Source: a virus (lineage: Duplodnaviria > Caudoviricetes). Taken from it: a DNA stretch of 64,000 bases. This document shows positions 1 to 9,834 of the stretch, piece after piece. The stretch spans positions 188 to 64,187 of IMG/VR virus record IMGVR_UViG_3300021091_000071. One strand, given 5' to 3'. The position numbers were made by a program, and so were the translations under genes. Numbering within the stretch: position 1 is the first letter of the stretch; every line of letters starts with the position of its first letter. The notes beneath the pieces were generated by a model. It did no database searches. It saw only the letters and a list, made by a program, of their open reading frames with translations, and was not told where the DNA came from.

Positions 1-2
1 TA

Positions 3-113
3 GCGATACATAAAAATGTAATTGATTTTCTTGAAAGAGTAGAAAAAACAATGCAAAGCATTGGGTTTGATATTAAGAACTTAATAGAGCTTATTAAGAT
101 GGAGACTTCTTAA
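3..113 (+). CDS. uvsY: C-terminal fragment of UvsY-like recombination mediator (truncated by window edge)
   Basis: Frame 3 reads ...VIDFLERVEKTMQSIGFDIKNLIELIKMETS*, resembling the UvsY C-terminus. Its TAA overlaps the uvsW ATG (TAATG), and uvsY-uvsW is the usual order in T4-like phages. Confidence 0.65.
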   Translation, partial: AIHKNVIDFLERVEKTMQSIGFDIKNLIELIKMETS

Positions 114-1597
114 TGGTATATTTTGATATAGATAAAAACGGAAAGTACGGTACCCTAACCGGTGATCATTTTAATGATGTAAGAGAACACTTTTCTGTAA
201 AGAACGAAGGCGCGAGATTTGCTCGTTTGCGCGGAAGGTTTATACCATCTCGCACCTATGCGATTACACCTGGAGGGCGATTGGACCCGTGCATGTTTTT
301 TGAGATATCTAAATTTCTACTTCAAAATAATTATTGTCCTAAGGACAGTATTAGAGCCTCAGCAGAATTCCTAAACTACATTTTACCTGGGCCAACAGCA
401 TATCAACATAATGTACATTTTACGAATCAACCGTATGATAATCTTAATTTAAAATTGAGAGATTATCAAAAAGCCATTGTTACCAAATGTCTTGATGCTG
501 GCAGAGGCACAGTGGTGCTAGCAACAGCTGGTGGCAAGACTCTAATTATGGCTTCTCTTCTGTCTAATTTTTTTCATATGAAAAATAATTTTAAATGTTT
601 GTTAATTGTACCGGATCTGGGGTTGGTTGAGCAAACCTATAATGATTTTAGTAACTACGGGGTACCGTTTATCAGTCGCAAGTGGACAGGTAGCCACCCA
701 ATTGAAACTGATAAAACAAACGCGTTTAATGTGATAATAGCCAATCTGGGTATTCTTCAATCAGAAAATTCTGATTTATCCTGGCTAGAAAATATAGATT
801 TACTAGTTGTGGATGAAGTGCATAAAGTACGCAGAGGCAACAAGGTAAACAACATCCTTAAGAATATTAAAACTAATGTTAGATTTGGATTCACTGGTAC
901 TTTACCAGAAGATAAATTAGATCAATGGAATATTATCGGTAAGATAGGGCCTATTATCTATGAAAAAAATAGTTTTCAGCTACGCAATGAAAATTATATT
1001 TCTAATGTCACAGCAAATATTCTAGAACTACATTATAATTCACAACCACCTGTGCTAGAAGACCTAGTTAATCCTGCAGAAAAATATCGTACAGAATTAG
1101 AATTTTTATTTGAAAATTCTTTCAGGAACCGAACGATTGCATCGTTATGTAATAACGCCCCTAACAATGTATTAATATTAATTGATTATATTAAACATGG
1201 AGAGGCGCTACATGATTGTCTTACAAAGAGTTGCAATAGAAAACAAGTATTTTTTATTAGGGGAGAAGTAGAGATACAGGACAGAGAAAAAGTAAAAGAA
1301 TTAATGGAAAAAGATAACAATATTGTATGTGTGGCCATAAGTAAAATATTCAGCACAGGTATTAATATTAAAAATGTACATTTCATTATTTTTGCGGGTG
1401 GAGGTAAAGCCAAGGTGAGAATAATACAAAGTATAGGCAGAGGGCTCAGGTTACATGAAAATAAGAGCAAACTTTACATTATAGATATAGCAGACCAATT
1501 TACATACGGTAAAAGGCATCAACTTAAAAGACAATCTCTCTATGATCAAGAACGCATACCATATCAAACTAAAAAGGTTATAGAACAAAATTTATGA
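113..1597 (+). CDS. uvsW: UvsW-like SF2 DNA helicase
   Basis: LRDYQ Q-motif, ATAGGKT Walker A, VVDEVH, GFTGT, FSTGINIK and QSIGRGLR motif VI. Confidence 0.92.
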   Translation: MVYFDIDKNGKYGTLTGDHFNDVREHFSVKNEGARFARLRGRFIPSRTYAITPGGRLDPCMFFEISKFLLQNNYCPKDSIRASAEFLNYILPGPTAYQHNVHFTNQPYDNLNLKLRDYQKAIVTKCLDAGRGTVVLATAGGKTLIMASLLSNFFHMKNNFKCLLIVPDLGLVEQTYNDFSNYGVPFISRKWTGSHPIETDKTNAFNVIIANLGILQSENSDLSWLENIDLLVVDEVHKVRRGNKVNNILKNIKTNVRFGFTGTLPEDKLDQWNIIGKIGPIIYEKNSFQLRNENYISNVTANILELHYNSQPPVLEDLVNPAEKYRTELEFLFENSFRNRTIASLCNNAPNNVLILIDYIKHGEALHDCLTKSCNRKQVFFIRGEVEIQDREKVKELMEKDNNIVCVAISKIFSTGINIKNVHFIIFAGGGKAKVRIIQSIGRGLRLHENKSKLYIIDIADQFTYGKRHQLKRQSLYDQERIPYQTKKVIEQNL

Positions 1598-2181
1598 AGA
1601 AAAAACAAAAAAAGAACACTATTAAGAAATCTAAGAGATCAGTATATTCTGATATTCCAGAGATATTAGATATTAGTACCGCGGTGGCTGTACTGACTGG
1701 TGAGAGCGTCATCAAAGGTAAGAAGCTCAAACCATCTGAAAAACCTCATTACGTTAATAGTAAGCAGTTTGAAGATGAAATCCGTCAATACTATAAAACC
1801 GATAAAATTACCGATTATCTTGCTGAAGCCATAAGGCGTATTGCCTACGGACTATCTTTTGCCCCTAATTTTATTAACTATAGTTATAGGGATGAGATGA
1901 TAGGAGATGCTGTAGTAAAAATGTACCAGGCACTGAAATATAAAAAGTTTAAACTAGACCATGGTTTTAGCCCGTTTAGCTATTTTACCACGATAGCATT
2001 TCACGCCTTTATTAGCCGTATTAAGAAGGAAAAGAAACACCATCAATTAATAACAGATTATAGAGAAAAGCATTATAGTGAGCTAATAAACCAAAACGAA
2101 GATGAGTCAGGCGTACGTGTTTATACTCAGGACGTTACTGGAATATTAGATAATAGTATCTATAATGAGAGTAATGCCTAA
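1594..2181 (+). CDS. gp55: gp55-like late-transcription sigma factor
   Basis: HYVNSKQF, PNFINYSYRDEMIGDA and PFSYFTTIAFHAFISRIKKEKK are typical gp55 motifs. It lies upstream of gp47/gp46. Confidence 0.92.
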   Translation: MKKKQKKNTIKKSKRSVYSDIPEILDISTAVAVLTGESVIKGKKLKPSEKPHYVNSKQFEDEIRQYYKTDKITDYLAEAIRRIAYGLSFAPNFINYSYRDEMIGDAVVKMYQALKYKKFKLDHGFSPFSYFTTIAFHAFISRIKKEKKHHQLITDYREKHYSELINQNEDESGVRVYTQDVTGILDNSIYNESNA

Positions 2182-3217
2182 CTCTAAAAAAGTTGCCGTA
2201 ATATCTGATTTGCATTTAGGGGTTCATGTCAATAGTCCTACTTGGCATGAGATATCCTACAACTGGGCTAAGTGGATTATTTCTGAATTAGAAGCAAAAA
2301 ATATAACAGATATAATTTTTTGCGGCGATTTTTTTCATAGTAGAAGCGAGATAACTGTGAACACTCTTCATCAAGCAAGTGTAATATTGAATTTGTTTAG
2401 CGGTTTTCATCTATACATGCTTGCTGGTAATCACGATTCTTTTTATAAAAATAATTGTAGCGTTAACAGTATTAGGATTTTTAGCGGCAGACCTAATATT
2501 ACAGTGCTTGATTCTCCTACAACCATGCAGTTCTGCGGAACAGAGTGCTTTTTTGCTCCTTGGGGAACCGAGATTAAAGATATTCCTCAATCAGATATAA
2601 TATTTGGACACTTTGAAATTGAAAGCTTTAAGATGAATGCTCATAAAACTTGCGACCATGGCTTTAAAACAGATGATTTAATTGCCAAGGCCCCGCTTAT
2701 TATTTCTGGGCATTTTCATCTAAGAGAGGAAAGGAAATATAAAAAAGGCACTATTCTTTATGTAGGATCGCCGTTCCAGTTAGATTTTGGTGATGAAGGA
2801 TCAACCAAGGGCTATTATATTTTAGATATGTCTAATTCATCATACACATTTTACGAAAACAATATTTCACCTAAACACGTGAAAATATCTTTGACAGATT
2901 TAATCAAAATGAAGAATTTCAAGACTGAAGGTAAGCAGCTTATTAATAATAATATTATTAAATTAGAAATAGATAAAACTATATCTAATACTGATTTAGA
3001 CAGACTATCTACAAAAATAAGTACCTACACACCTCTTAGCTATGTGGTAGATAATACTGCTAATTTTGATAAGTTCGGTGCAGGCAATCAAGAAGAAGTT
3101 GACTTGAGTGGTGTAGATATTACCCGAGCCATAACAGATTTTGTTGAGATGCTCGACATACAAAATAAAAAAGATGTAGTTGAATACACAATATCACTAT
3201 ACAACCAGTGTAAATGA
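2165..3217 (+). CDS. gp47: gp47-like recombination nuclease (Mre11/SbcD metallophosphoesterase)
   Basis: SDLHLG, CGDFFH, AGNHD, GHFE, SGHFH and YVGSPFQ motifs. The start may be the ATG at 2174. Confidence 0.92.
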   Translation: MRVMPNSKKVAVISDLHLGVHVNSPTWHEISYNWAKWIISELEAKNITDIIFCGDFFHSRSEITVNTLHQASVILNLFSGFHLYMLAGNHDSFYKNNCSVNSIRIFSGRPNITVLDSPTTMQFCGTECFFAPWGTEIKDIPQSDIIFGHFEIESFKMNAHKTCDHGFKTDDLIAKAPLIISGHFHLREERKYKKGTILYVGSPFQLDFGDEGSTKGYYILDMSNSSYTFYENNISPKHVKISLTDLIKMKNFKTEGKQLINNNIIKLEIDKTISNTDLDRLSTKISTYTPLSYVVDNTANFDKFGAGNQEEVDLSGVDITRAITDFVEMLDIQNKKDVVEYTISLYNQCK

Positions 3218-5019
3218 AGAAGATTATTTTTAAAAAATTATCCATTAAAAACTTCTTAAGTGTCGGGCACACGCCTGTAATTATTAATTTTAAGCCAGGG
3301 CTTCATGGCATTACAGGCATTAACAGAGATCAGATAGACAGACGCAACGGAGTGGGTAAAAGCACTATACCTGACGCACTTCATTTTGCTTTGTTTGGCA
3401 CTACTTTGCGTGAATTAAAAAAAGAATTTGTTATTAATAACATCACAGGAAAGACATGTGAAGTTTCATTAAGTTTTAGTATACAAAGTAACAATGAAAT
3501 TAATAATTACGAAATAGTAAGAACACTCGAACCAAGTCGCTGTACCTTATACCAAAATGATCATGATATAACTAGAGATAGTATTGCTAATACTACTGAG
3601 TATGTGATGCAAATACTTCAATGCACCCCTGAAATATTTCAGAACTGCGTTATTATGACTGTTAATAACACTGTGCCATTTATGGCAAAAAAGAAAGCAG
3701 AGAAGCGAAAATTTATTGAAGGTATATTTAATTTAGAAATTTTTAGTAAAATGCTCTCTCAACTTAGGGAAGAACAGTCTACTGTTAAAAAAGAATTTGA
3801 TATTGAATCTACCAGGTCTGATGAAGTTTCTAACAGTATTAATACCACGCAGCAGCAACAGAAGACCTTGCATCTTGAATATGAAAATAGAAAAAAAACT
3901 CTTGAAAAAAGACAAAAGGATAACACAGTAGAGTTGAGCCAACTAGAGGATCAAATCAGTGGTTATAAAGAAATTAATACTGAAGAAATATCTAAAAACC
4001 TCGTATTGTTAAATGAAAAATTAGCCGAGTGTGATACAAAGATACAAGAGCTAGGTAAGCAAGTGGCAACTCTGGAAACTAAAAATGAAATAGTCTTTAC
4101 AACTGTATCGAAGATTGGAACAGACAAGGATGTATGCCCTACATGCTTGAAACCTATAGACAAAACGCATATTAACCATATTAAACAAAAGAAAGATGAA
4201 TTTAAGATGGAGATAAAGAGCAGGGAAGAAGAAATAAAAACCTTTGAGGCAAAAATATTTGAGCTTACTGGCCTGAAGACAAAAATACAAGATGCAATTA
4301 AAAAAGGTCAAAATAATATTAATCAAAGCACTTTAGCAGTTCAGCAGTTAAAACATAATAGAGATAGAATAGAACAGCTCAAGCAATACAATAAACAAGT
4401 AGATCAGGACTTACAGCATTTAACCGATACCAGCACAAGTCTTAACAAACTTCTTGATGATGCAAAAACTAAGCATGCAGATATCCTAAAAAAGATTGAA
4501 GGCTTAGAAAAGGCATTAAACCTGCTAGACACAGTCAAATTTGTTGTAAGTGAAGAAGGGGTAAAGAGTTTTATTGTAAAGAGAATTTTAACATTGTTTA
4601 ACAGCAAGCTTTCATACTATCTTAAAAAACTTAATTCCAATGCTGTAATAACTTTCAACGAATATTTTGAAGAACAAATTATTAACGATAAAGGTAAAAT
4701 AACCACATATTTTAATTTTAGTGGGGCGGAAAGAAAAGTAATAGACTTGGCTATTATGTTCAGTTTTATTGATATGTTAAGTCTGCAAGGAAATATATTC
4801 TATAGCATACAGTTCTATGATGAGCTTCTGGATACGAGCTTGGACGAAACCGGTGTAGAGTTGGTTTTAAATTTACTCAATGAATTAGTTTCAAAAAATA
4901 TGTTTGGCATTTATGTGATATCTCATAGAAAAGAATGTGCTAAATTTGTGAACGGAGATCTTATTACACTAGAGAAAAATAACGGAATTACCACTCTCTC
5001 TTGCGCAGGTATACGTTGA
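3214..5019 (+). CDS. gp46: gp46-like Rad50/SbcC ATPase
   Basis: KNFLSVG, NGVGKS Walker A, long coiled coil with CPTC zinc hook, FSGAE signature, FYDE Walker B and ISH. Confidence 0.93.
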   Translation: MKKIIFKKLSIKNFLSVGHTPVIINFKPGLHGITGINRDQIDRRNGVGKSTIPDALHFALFGTTLRELKKEFVINNITGKTCEVSLSFSIQSNNEINNYEIVRTLEPSRCTLYQNDHDITRDSIANTTEYVMQILQCTPEIFQNCVIMTVNNTVPFMAKKKAEKRKFIEGIFNLEIFSKMLSQLREEQSTVKKEFDIESTRSDEVSNSINTTQQQQKTLHLEYENRKKTLEKRQKDNTVELSQLEDQISGYKEINTEEISKNLVLLNEKLAECDTKIQELGKQVATLETKNEIVFTTVSKIGTDKDVCPTCLKPIDKTHINHIKQKKDEFKMEIKSREEEIKTFEAKIFELTGLKTKIQDAIKKGQNNINQSTLAVQQLKHNRDRIEQLKQYNKQVDQDLQHLTDTSTSLNKLLDDAKTKHADILKKIEGLEKALNLLDTVKFVVSEEGVKSFIVKRILTLFNSKLSYYLKKLNSNAVITFNEYFEEQIINDKGKITTYFNFSGAERKVIDLAIMFSFIDMLSLQGNIFYSIQFYDELLDTSLDETGVELVLNLLNELVSKNMFGIYVISHRKECAKFVNGDLITLEKNNGITTLSCAGIR

Positions 5020-5050
5020 AATTCATATAAAATAGTCTATATATATAGAA

Positions 5051-6292
5051 ATGTTTACCACCGGTATATACACCAATCCTCTTCTTCAACAAATCAACAG
5101 GCAATCACTTGCAGCACAAGAGCAACCTGCTCCTGTGCTAAAGCCAGACAATACACCGCCGCCTGATACAAATCTTCCTCGTGCCGTGCAGTATTATGCC
5201 GATTACTCTGGCTGTGGTTTCTGGAGAATGCTTTGGCCAGAACATCTTTTAAATGCATACAATAAAATGACTGTGCATGGTAGCACGGTCATGGTACTTG
5301 ATCCCCGCTGGTATGTGAATGTCAGAGCAGTGCGCGTACAAAGACAAGCAACGTCCTCCCAACTACAGTTTATCAAATTCCTTAAAGAGGTATCTGCTCA
5401 GATGTTAAAACAAACTGGCAATGGATTTAGAATAATATATGAAATTGACGATGTGGTGTTTAGCGAAGATATTCCTGATTATAATAAATTTAAAACAGCT
5501 TTTGTAGATCCGGAGATTAGGAAAAATGCTCAAGAAATTATATCTCTATGTGACGAGGTAACTGTTACTTGTCAGTTTATGAAAGATTATTATGCTGAGA
5601 AGACAGGGCATAAGAATATTACAATAATACCTAACTATCCTCCAAAATTTTGGCTAGGAAGATTTTATGATGAAAAAAAGATAAGCTCGAATTATGACGC
5701 TTACAAACACAAACCGCGAATTCTATATTCAGGGTCTGGTGCTCATTTTGATGTCGAGAACCGTGTAAATCAAAATGATGATTTTGCGCATGTCGTACGG
5801 GCCATCTATGAAACATACAATGAGTTTCAGTGGGTATTTTTAGGTGCATTTCCTTTGCCAATCAGACCTTTGATTGATAAAGGCCTAGTTGAATTTCACC
5901 CATGGGTAAATCTCTACAATTATGGTGAGGCAATACAAAATTTGAGAATTAACATGATGGTTGCCCCTTTGCAGAATAATAATTTTAACAAAAGTAAATC
6001 TGATTTAAAATGGATAGAAGCAAATTGCTTTGGGCTGCCTATTGCATGCCAAGATCTTTGCACATACAAAGATGCAGAGTTTAGGTTTAATACTGGTGAG
6101 GAAATGGTAGGGATTATAAGAGAGGTTCTAAGTAAAAAAGGTAAATACATGAACATTTGCGCTAAAGCACGTAAGCAAGCTGATACCAGATGGTTAGAAG
6201 ATGGGTCCAATTTAGACTGTTACTATGAATTGTTTAATCACCCATATGGTAGCCCTGAACGTAAAAAGCTTAATGCTATTAACGGTATTTAA
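5051..6292 (+). CDS. GT-B fold (GT4-like) glycosyltransferase
   Basis: GCGFWRM, IIYEIDD, DEVTVT, IIPNY and APLQNNNFNKSKSDLKWIEA-x-GLP are typical of phage GT4-like proteins. Confidence 0.75.
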   Translation: MFTTGIYTNPLLQQINRQSLAAQEQPAPVLKPDNTPPPDTNLPRAVQYYADYSGCGFWRMLWPEHLLNAYNKMTVHGSTVMVLDPRWYVNVRAVRVQRQATSSQLQFIKFLKEVSAQMLKQTGNGFRIIYEIDDVVFSEDIPDYNKFKTAFVDPEIRKNAQEIISLCDEVTVTCQFMKDYYAEKTGHKNITIIPNYPPKFWLGRFYDEKKISSNYDAYKHKPRILYSGSGAHFDVENRVNQNDDFAHVVRAIYETYNEFQWVFLGAFPLPIRPLIDKGLVEFHPWVNLYNYGEAIQNLRINMMVAPLQNNNFNKSKSDLKWIEANCFGLPIACQDLCTYKDAEFRFNTGEEMVGIIREVLSKKGKYMNICAKARKQADTRWLEDGSNLDCYYELFNHPYGSPERKKLNAINGI

Positions 6293-6609
6293 ATTTTAGC
6301 AATTGTTTTAAAAATGTATGCCAGGCACGGGTAGGTAAAGAACGTTATTAGCGGCATGTACCAGGTACAGCTGAATAATAAAGTAAGTATTATACCTACA
6401 AATAATGAAAGCCAAAAGCTAAGACATATCCAACATGCAGTTAACTTACCAATAATTTTATTCTTCAGAAATAAAATATCATCAAACTCACCGGGCAACA
6501 ATATATCTTTTCTAAAAAAAAGCTTCGCCAAAGTTATTTTTAATGGGCTAGCAAACCATAATAATAGCGTGCTACAGACAGCCAGGCAACCAACTATATA
6601 TTCTGTCAT
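6289..6609 (-). CDS. Small membrane protein with CxxC (DUF1360-like)
   Basis: Hydrophobic segments plus the motif LTACWICLSFW. It overlaps the upstream 64-aa ORF by ATGA. Confidence 0.55.
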   Translation of the reverse strand: MTEYIVGCLAVCSTLLLWFASPLKITLAKLFFRKDILLPGEFDDILFLKNKIIGKLTACWICLSFWLSLFVGIILTLLFSCTWYMPLITFFTYPCLAYIFKTIAKI

Positions 6610-6800
6610 ACCTGCTTCAAATGCGACTGTAGCATTGCCATATATCGGTGTCTAAGTTGTTTTTCTATACATGTGCCGCACCCACCTCTCATTTTTAAAT
6701 CATTCAAATCTCTTATAAATTGGGCTCTGTGCTGGTCACAATCAGTTATTTCTGGCGGGCACGGTTTGTTAAAGTCAAAAAATTGCATTATCTTATCCAT
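6606..6800 (-). CDS. Small Cys-containing hypothetical protein
   Basis: 64 aa with PCPPEITDC and GGCGTC. It fills the gap before the divergent polymerase gene. Confidence 0.6.
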   Translation of the reverse strand: MDKIMQFFDFNKPCPPEITDCDQHRAQFIRDLNDLKMRGGCGTCIEKQLRHRYMAMLQSHLKQV

Positions 6801-6835
6801 GTATTATATTATATGGCTTAAGGTATTTATTCCAT

Positions 6836-6841
6836 TATAAT
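6836..6841 (+). promoter_or_regulatory. sigma70-type -10 box (TATAAT) 6 nt before the gp43 ATG
   Basis: Perfect TATAAT with the same spacing as other promoters in this window. Confidence 0.6.
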
Positions 6842-6847
6842 TTGTAT

Positions 6848-9439
6848 ATGATTGGCTATAGAAACGTTGCATACGATCCTAGACAGGAGCTAATAAGACT
6901 TTTTACCTGGGATCACGCCGGCAATAGAATTGCCATTGATTCAACTTATCATCCATATATCTTCTTAGAAAGCAATAACTCTAAGGATGCTATCAGTATA
7001 TTCAATACACACTTAAAGAAAAAAAGCTTTAAAAATCAATTCGAAAAGTCCAAGTACTTGAGAGAAACAGGTACGACAAGAGTTTTTGAAAATCTATCCC
7101 CAGCCCAACAGTTTTTATTGGATAATTTCTGGGAGACCAACGAAACACCAGAGTTTGCTCAATTTCCTCTTAAGATTTTCTTTTTAGATATAGAGACATA
7201 TTCTGTAGATGATTTTCCTAATATAGAGACTGCAAACCACCCTATCAATATTATTACTATTTACGACACTCTAACTAAAAGGTTTATCACATGGGGGGTT
7301 AAGCCGTTTAAAAAAATTACAACAGATCAAGTTTTTATACACTGCAAAACAGAAAAAGAATTGTTAGAAAAATTTATTTCTCACATGGAGAAAGACTATC
7401 CTGATGTTATACTGGGGTGGAATTCCATTCTATTTGATTTGCCATATGTTATTAATCGTACAAGAGTTTTGTTTGATGATGAGACGGTTGCTAGACTAAG
7501 TCCAGTGGGCCGTGTTTATAGTAGAACACTCAAAGGACAGTTCGGCAAGGAGCAAATACGTTGGTATATAGACGGTATATCATGTCTTGACTACCTAGAC
7601 ATTTACAAAAGATTTTGCCTTACACTACGCGAAAACTATAAGTTAAACAGTATTGCAAAAATAGAATTAAATGAACAAAAGGTTGATTACGGTGAGACAA
7701 ACCTAAGTAGTTTGGCTGATACCGACTGGGAGACGTTTGTGGATTATAATGTTCAAGACGTTAGGTTGCTTGTTAAACTAGAAGAAAAGCTTCAATACTT
7801 TGAGTTATTGAGGATGCTCAGCTATACAGGACTTACTACTATGGAAGCTGCAATGGGCAGCATGAGCGTTATTATTGGTGCATGTGCAATTAGAGCTAGG
7901 TACAAGCATAGAAGAATTCCTACGTTTGTACGGGCTGAGGACGATGGAAAACAAAACGAAGGCGCCTATGTTAGTGAACCAAAAAGAGGGTTTCAGAAAA
8001 ATGTTGTAAGTTTTGATGCAAACAGTCTATACCCCTCTGTTATGGTCACCCTTAATCTTTCTCCAGAAACAAAAATGGGCGTAATTGAAAGTCAAAATGA
8101 CAAAGAAGTAGTAATACGAGATGTTAATGGAAAGACAGTGGCAGTACCGATCTCAAAATTTGCCCAGCTAGTCAAACAAGAAAAATTAAGCTTAAGCAAG
8201 GCTAAGGTTTTGTTTTCTCAAAAAAACAAGGGCATTATCCCAGAGATGGTAGATCAAAACTATAAGCTCAGAGTTCAAGTAAGAAAGGATCTTAAAAAGG
8301 CTAAAAAGCACCTATCTAGTTTGCCAAAGACTGATCCAGACTATTCTAAATTAAAAGATGAAATAAGCAGACTCAATATCAAACAACATACAATTAAAAT
8401 TTTCATTAATTCAGTATACGGCGCTTTAGGTAATAAAGTTTTTCCTCTAGGCGATGATGATCTTGCTAGAAGTATTACTTTAACAGGTCAGGCAGTTATT
8501 AAGCAAGGCAACTCCATATTAACAAAATATATTCAAGACAAGGCAGGGCTATCAGCAGAAGATATAGATAGAGATAACCCAATTATTTACAATGATACTG
8601 ATTCAGTTTACATAACATTGCATTCTTTATGCGAGAAGAGTGGTTTAAAATTTTTCGATGATAAAGGTAAAATCGCCCCTGAATTTTATGATGAGGTTCA
8701 AAATATTGAAACGCATTTAAATACCGAAATTAAGAAATGGTGTGAATCTGCTTTGAACAGTTATGATAGTAGAATTAATTTTAAACGCGAGGTAATTTGT
8801 GATGTAGGTGTATTTTTGCAGAAAAAGCGTTATGTTATTCATGTTTTAGACGAAGAAGGTATTCACGCAAATAAATTTAAATACACAGGTGTAGAAATTG
8901 CTAGAACTACAATGCCTGCTCCATTGAAACCTCACGCAAAGAAAATTGTCGAAACCATGCTTTTAACTCAAGATCAGCAAAAAACCAGCGAGATTGTTGC
9001 ACAAACATACGAACTATTTAAAACGTTGCCTGTAGGAGACATATCCTTTGTAACTGGTCTAAAAGGGTACGAAAAATATGCTAGTAGATGTGACGGGTTT
9101 AAAACTGTTAAATCTATGCCATTACACGTTAAAGCCGCCTATATGCACAATATGTTGTTAAAAACTTTTAACATAGATAAAAAATATGAAAAAATAGGCA
9201 GTGGCGATAAGATAAGATTTTTCTACGTCAAACAACCAAATAGGTTTGGCATTAGCGCAATAGCGTACAAATACTACTATCCAGAAGAATTTGCAAAAGT
9301 TTTTGAACCTGATCATGATTTAATGTTTGACAAAATTATGTATAGTGCAGTCGAACGGTTTTATGAAGCAGTTGACTGGGCTCCGCAGAAGCCTGGTGAA
9401 GCTGTTCAATGTGATCTTTTCTCCTTATTAAGTGCTTGA
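6848..9439 (+). CDS. gp43: Family B DNA polymerase (gp43)
   Basis: Exonuclease motifs DIET, GWNSILFD and YNVQD. Polymerase motifs SFDANSLYPS, KIFINSVYG, YNDTDS and KKRY. ATG at 6848 is preferred over TTG at 6842 because it lies 6 nt after TATAAT. Confidence 0.96.
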   Translation: MIGYRNVAYDPRQELIRLFTWDHAGNRIAIDSTYHPYIFLESNNSKDAISIFNTHLKKKSFKNQFEKSKYLRETGTTRVFENLSPAQQFLLDNFWETNETPEFAQFPLKIFFLDIETYSVDDFPNIETANHPINIITIYDTLTKRFITWGVKPFKKITTDQVFIHCKTEKELLEKFISHMEKDYPDVILGWNSILFDLPYVINRTRVLFDDETVARLSPVGRVYSRTLKGQFGKEQIRWYIDGISCLDYLDIYKRFCLTLRENYKLNSIAKIELNEQKVDYGETNLSSLADTDWETFVDYNVQDVRLLVKLEEKLQYFELLRMLSYTGLTTMEAAMGSMSVIIGACAIRARYKHRRIPTFVRAEDDGKQNEGAYVSEPKRGFQKNVVSFDANSLYPSVMVTLNLSPETKMGVIESQNDKEVVIRDVNGKTVAVPISKFAQLVKQEKLSLSKAKVLFSQKNKGIIPEMVDQNYKLRVQVRKDLKKAKKHLSSLPKTDPDYSKLKDEISRLNIKQHTIKIFINSVYGALGNKVFPLGDDDLARSITLTGQAVIKQGNSILTKYIQDKAGLSAEDIDRDNPIIYNDTDSVYITLHSLCEKSGLKFFDDKGKIAPEFYDEVQNIETHLNTEIKKWCESALNSYDSRINFKREVICDVGVFLQKKRYVIHVLDEEGIHANKFKYTGVEIARTTMPAPLKPHAKKIVETMLLTQDQQKTSEIVAQTYELFKTLPVGDISFVTGLKGYEKYASRCDGFKTVKSMPLHVKAAYMHNMLLKTFNIDKKYEKIGSGDKIRFFYVKQPNRFGISAIAYKYYYPEEFAKVFEPDHDLMFDKIMYSAVERFYEAVDWAPQKPGEAVQCDLFSLLSA

Positions 9440-9463
9440 TTTTTTATTCGCATCATATATTAT
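9436..9463 (+). promoter_or_regulatory. sigma70-type promoter TTGATT-N16-TATTAT
   Basis: The -10 box ends 6 nt before ATG 9470. Confidence 0.6.
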
Positions 9464-9469
9464 TATGTT

Positions 9470-9832
9470 ATGAGTAACATTACAGTATTTGTAAATCACG
9501 TCGGTCAAACCATTTTAACAGAGGTTCTTTCGGAAGATAAGAATACATTAAAAGCTAAAAACCCTGCGGTTTTATTTGTGCAGCCTAACCAGGCCAACCA
9601 ATTGCAGGTTCAGCTTATTCCTGTCTTCTTTAGAGAATTTGTTAAGCAAGATAAGCGCAAGGACGGTGTAGTCTTTACTTATAATAAGGATTCTATCGTG
9701 ACTTCGGAAATCGAGCTTGATGAGAAGATTGTTGAGCAATATGAGAGAATATTCTCTAATGCCCCTGCTCCTGCCTCTACTGCTAGCAACAAGGCGGAGA
9801 AGTCACCTGTTATTAAGTTGTTTGACGACTAA
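9470..9832 (+). CDS. Hypothetical protein, possibly an Sm-like beta fold
   Basis: 120-aa ORF between gp43 and uvsX with a beta-rich pattern and its own promoter. Confidence 0.6.
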   Translation: MSNITVFVNHVGQTILTEVLSEDKNTLKAKNPAVLFVQPNQANQLQVQLIPVFFREFVKQDKRKDGVVFTYNKDSIVTSEIELDEKIVEQYERIFSNAPAPASTASNKAEKSPVIKLFDD

Positions 9833-9834
9833 TA

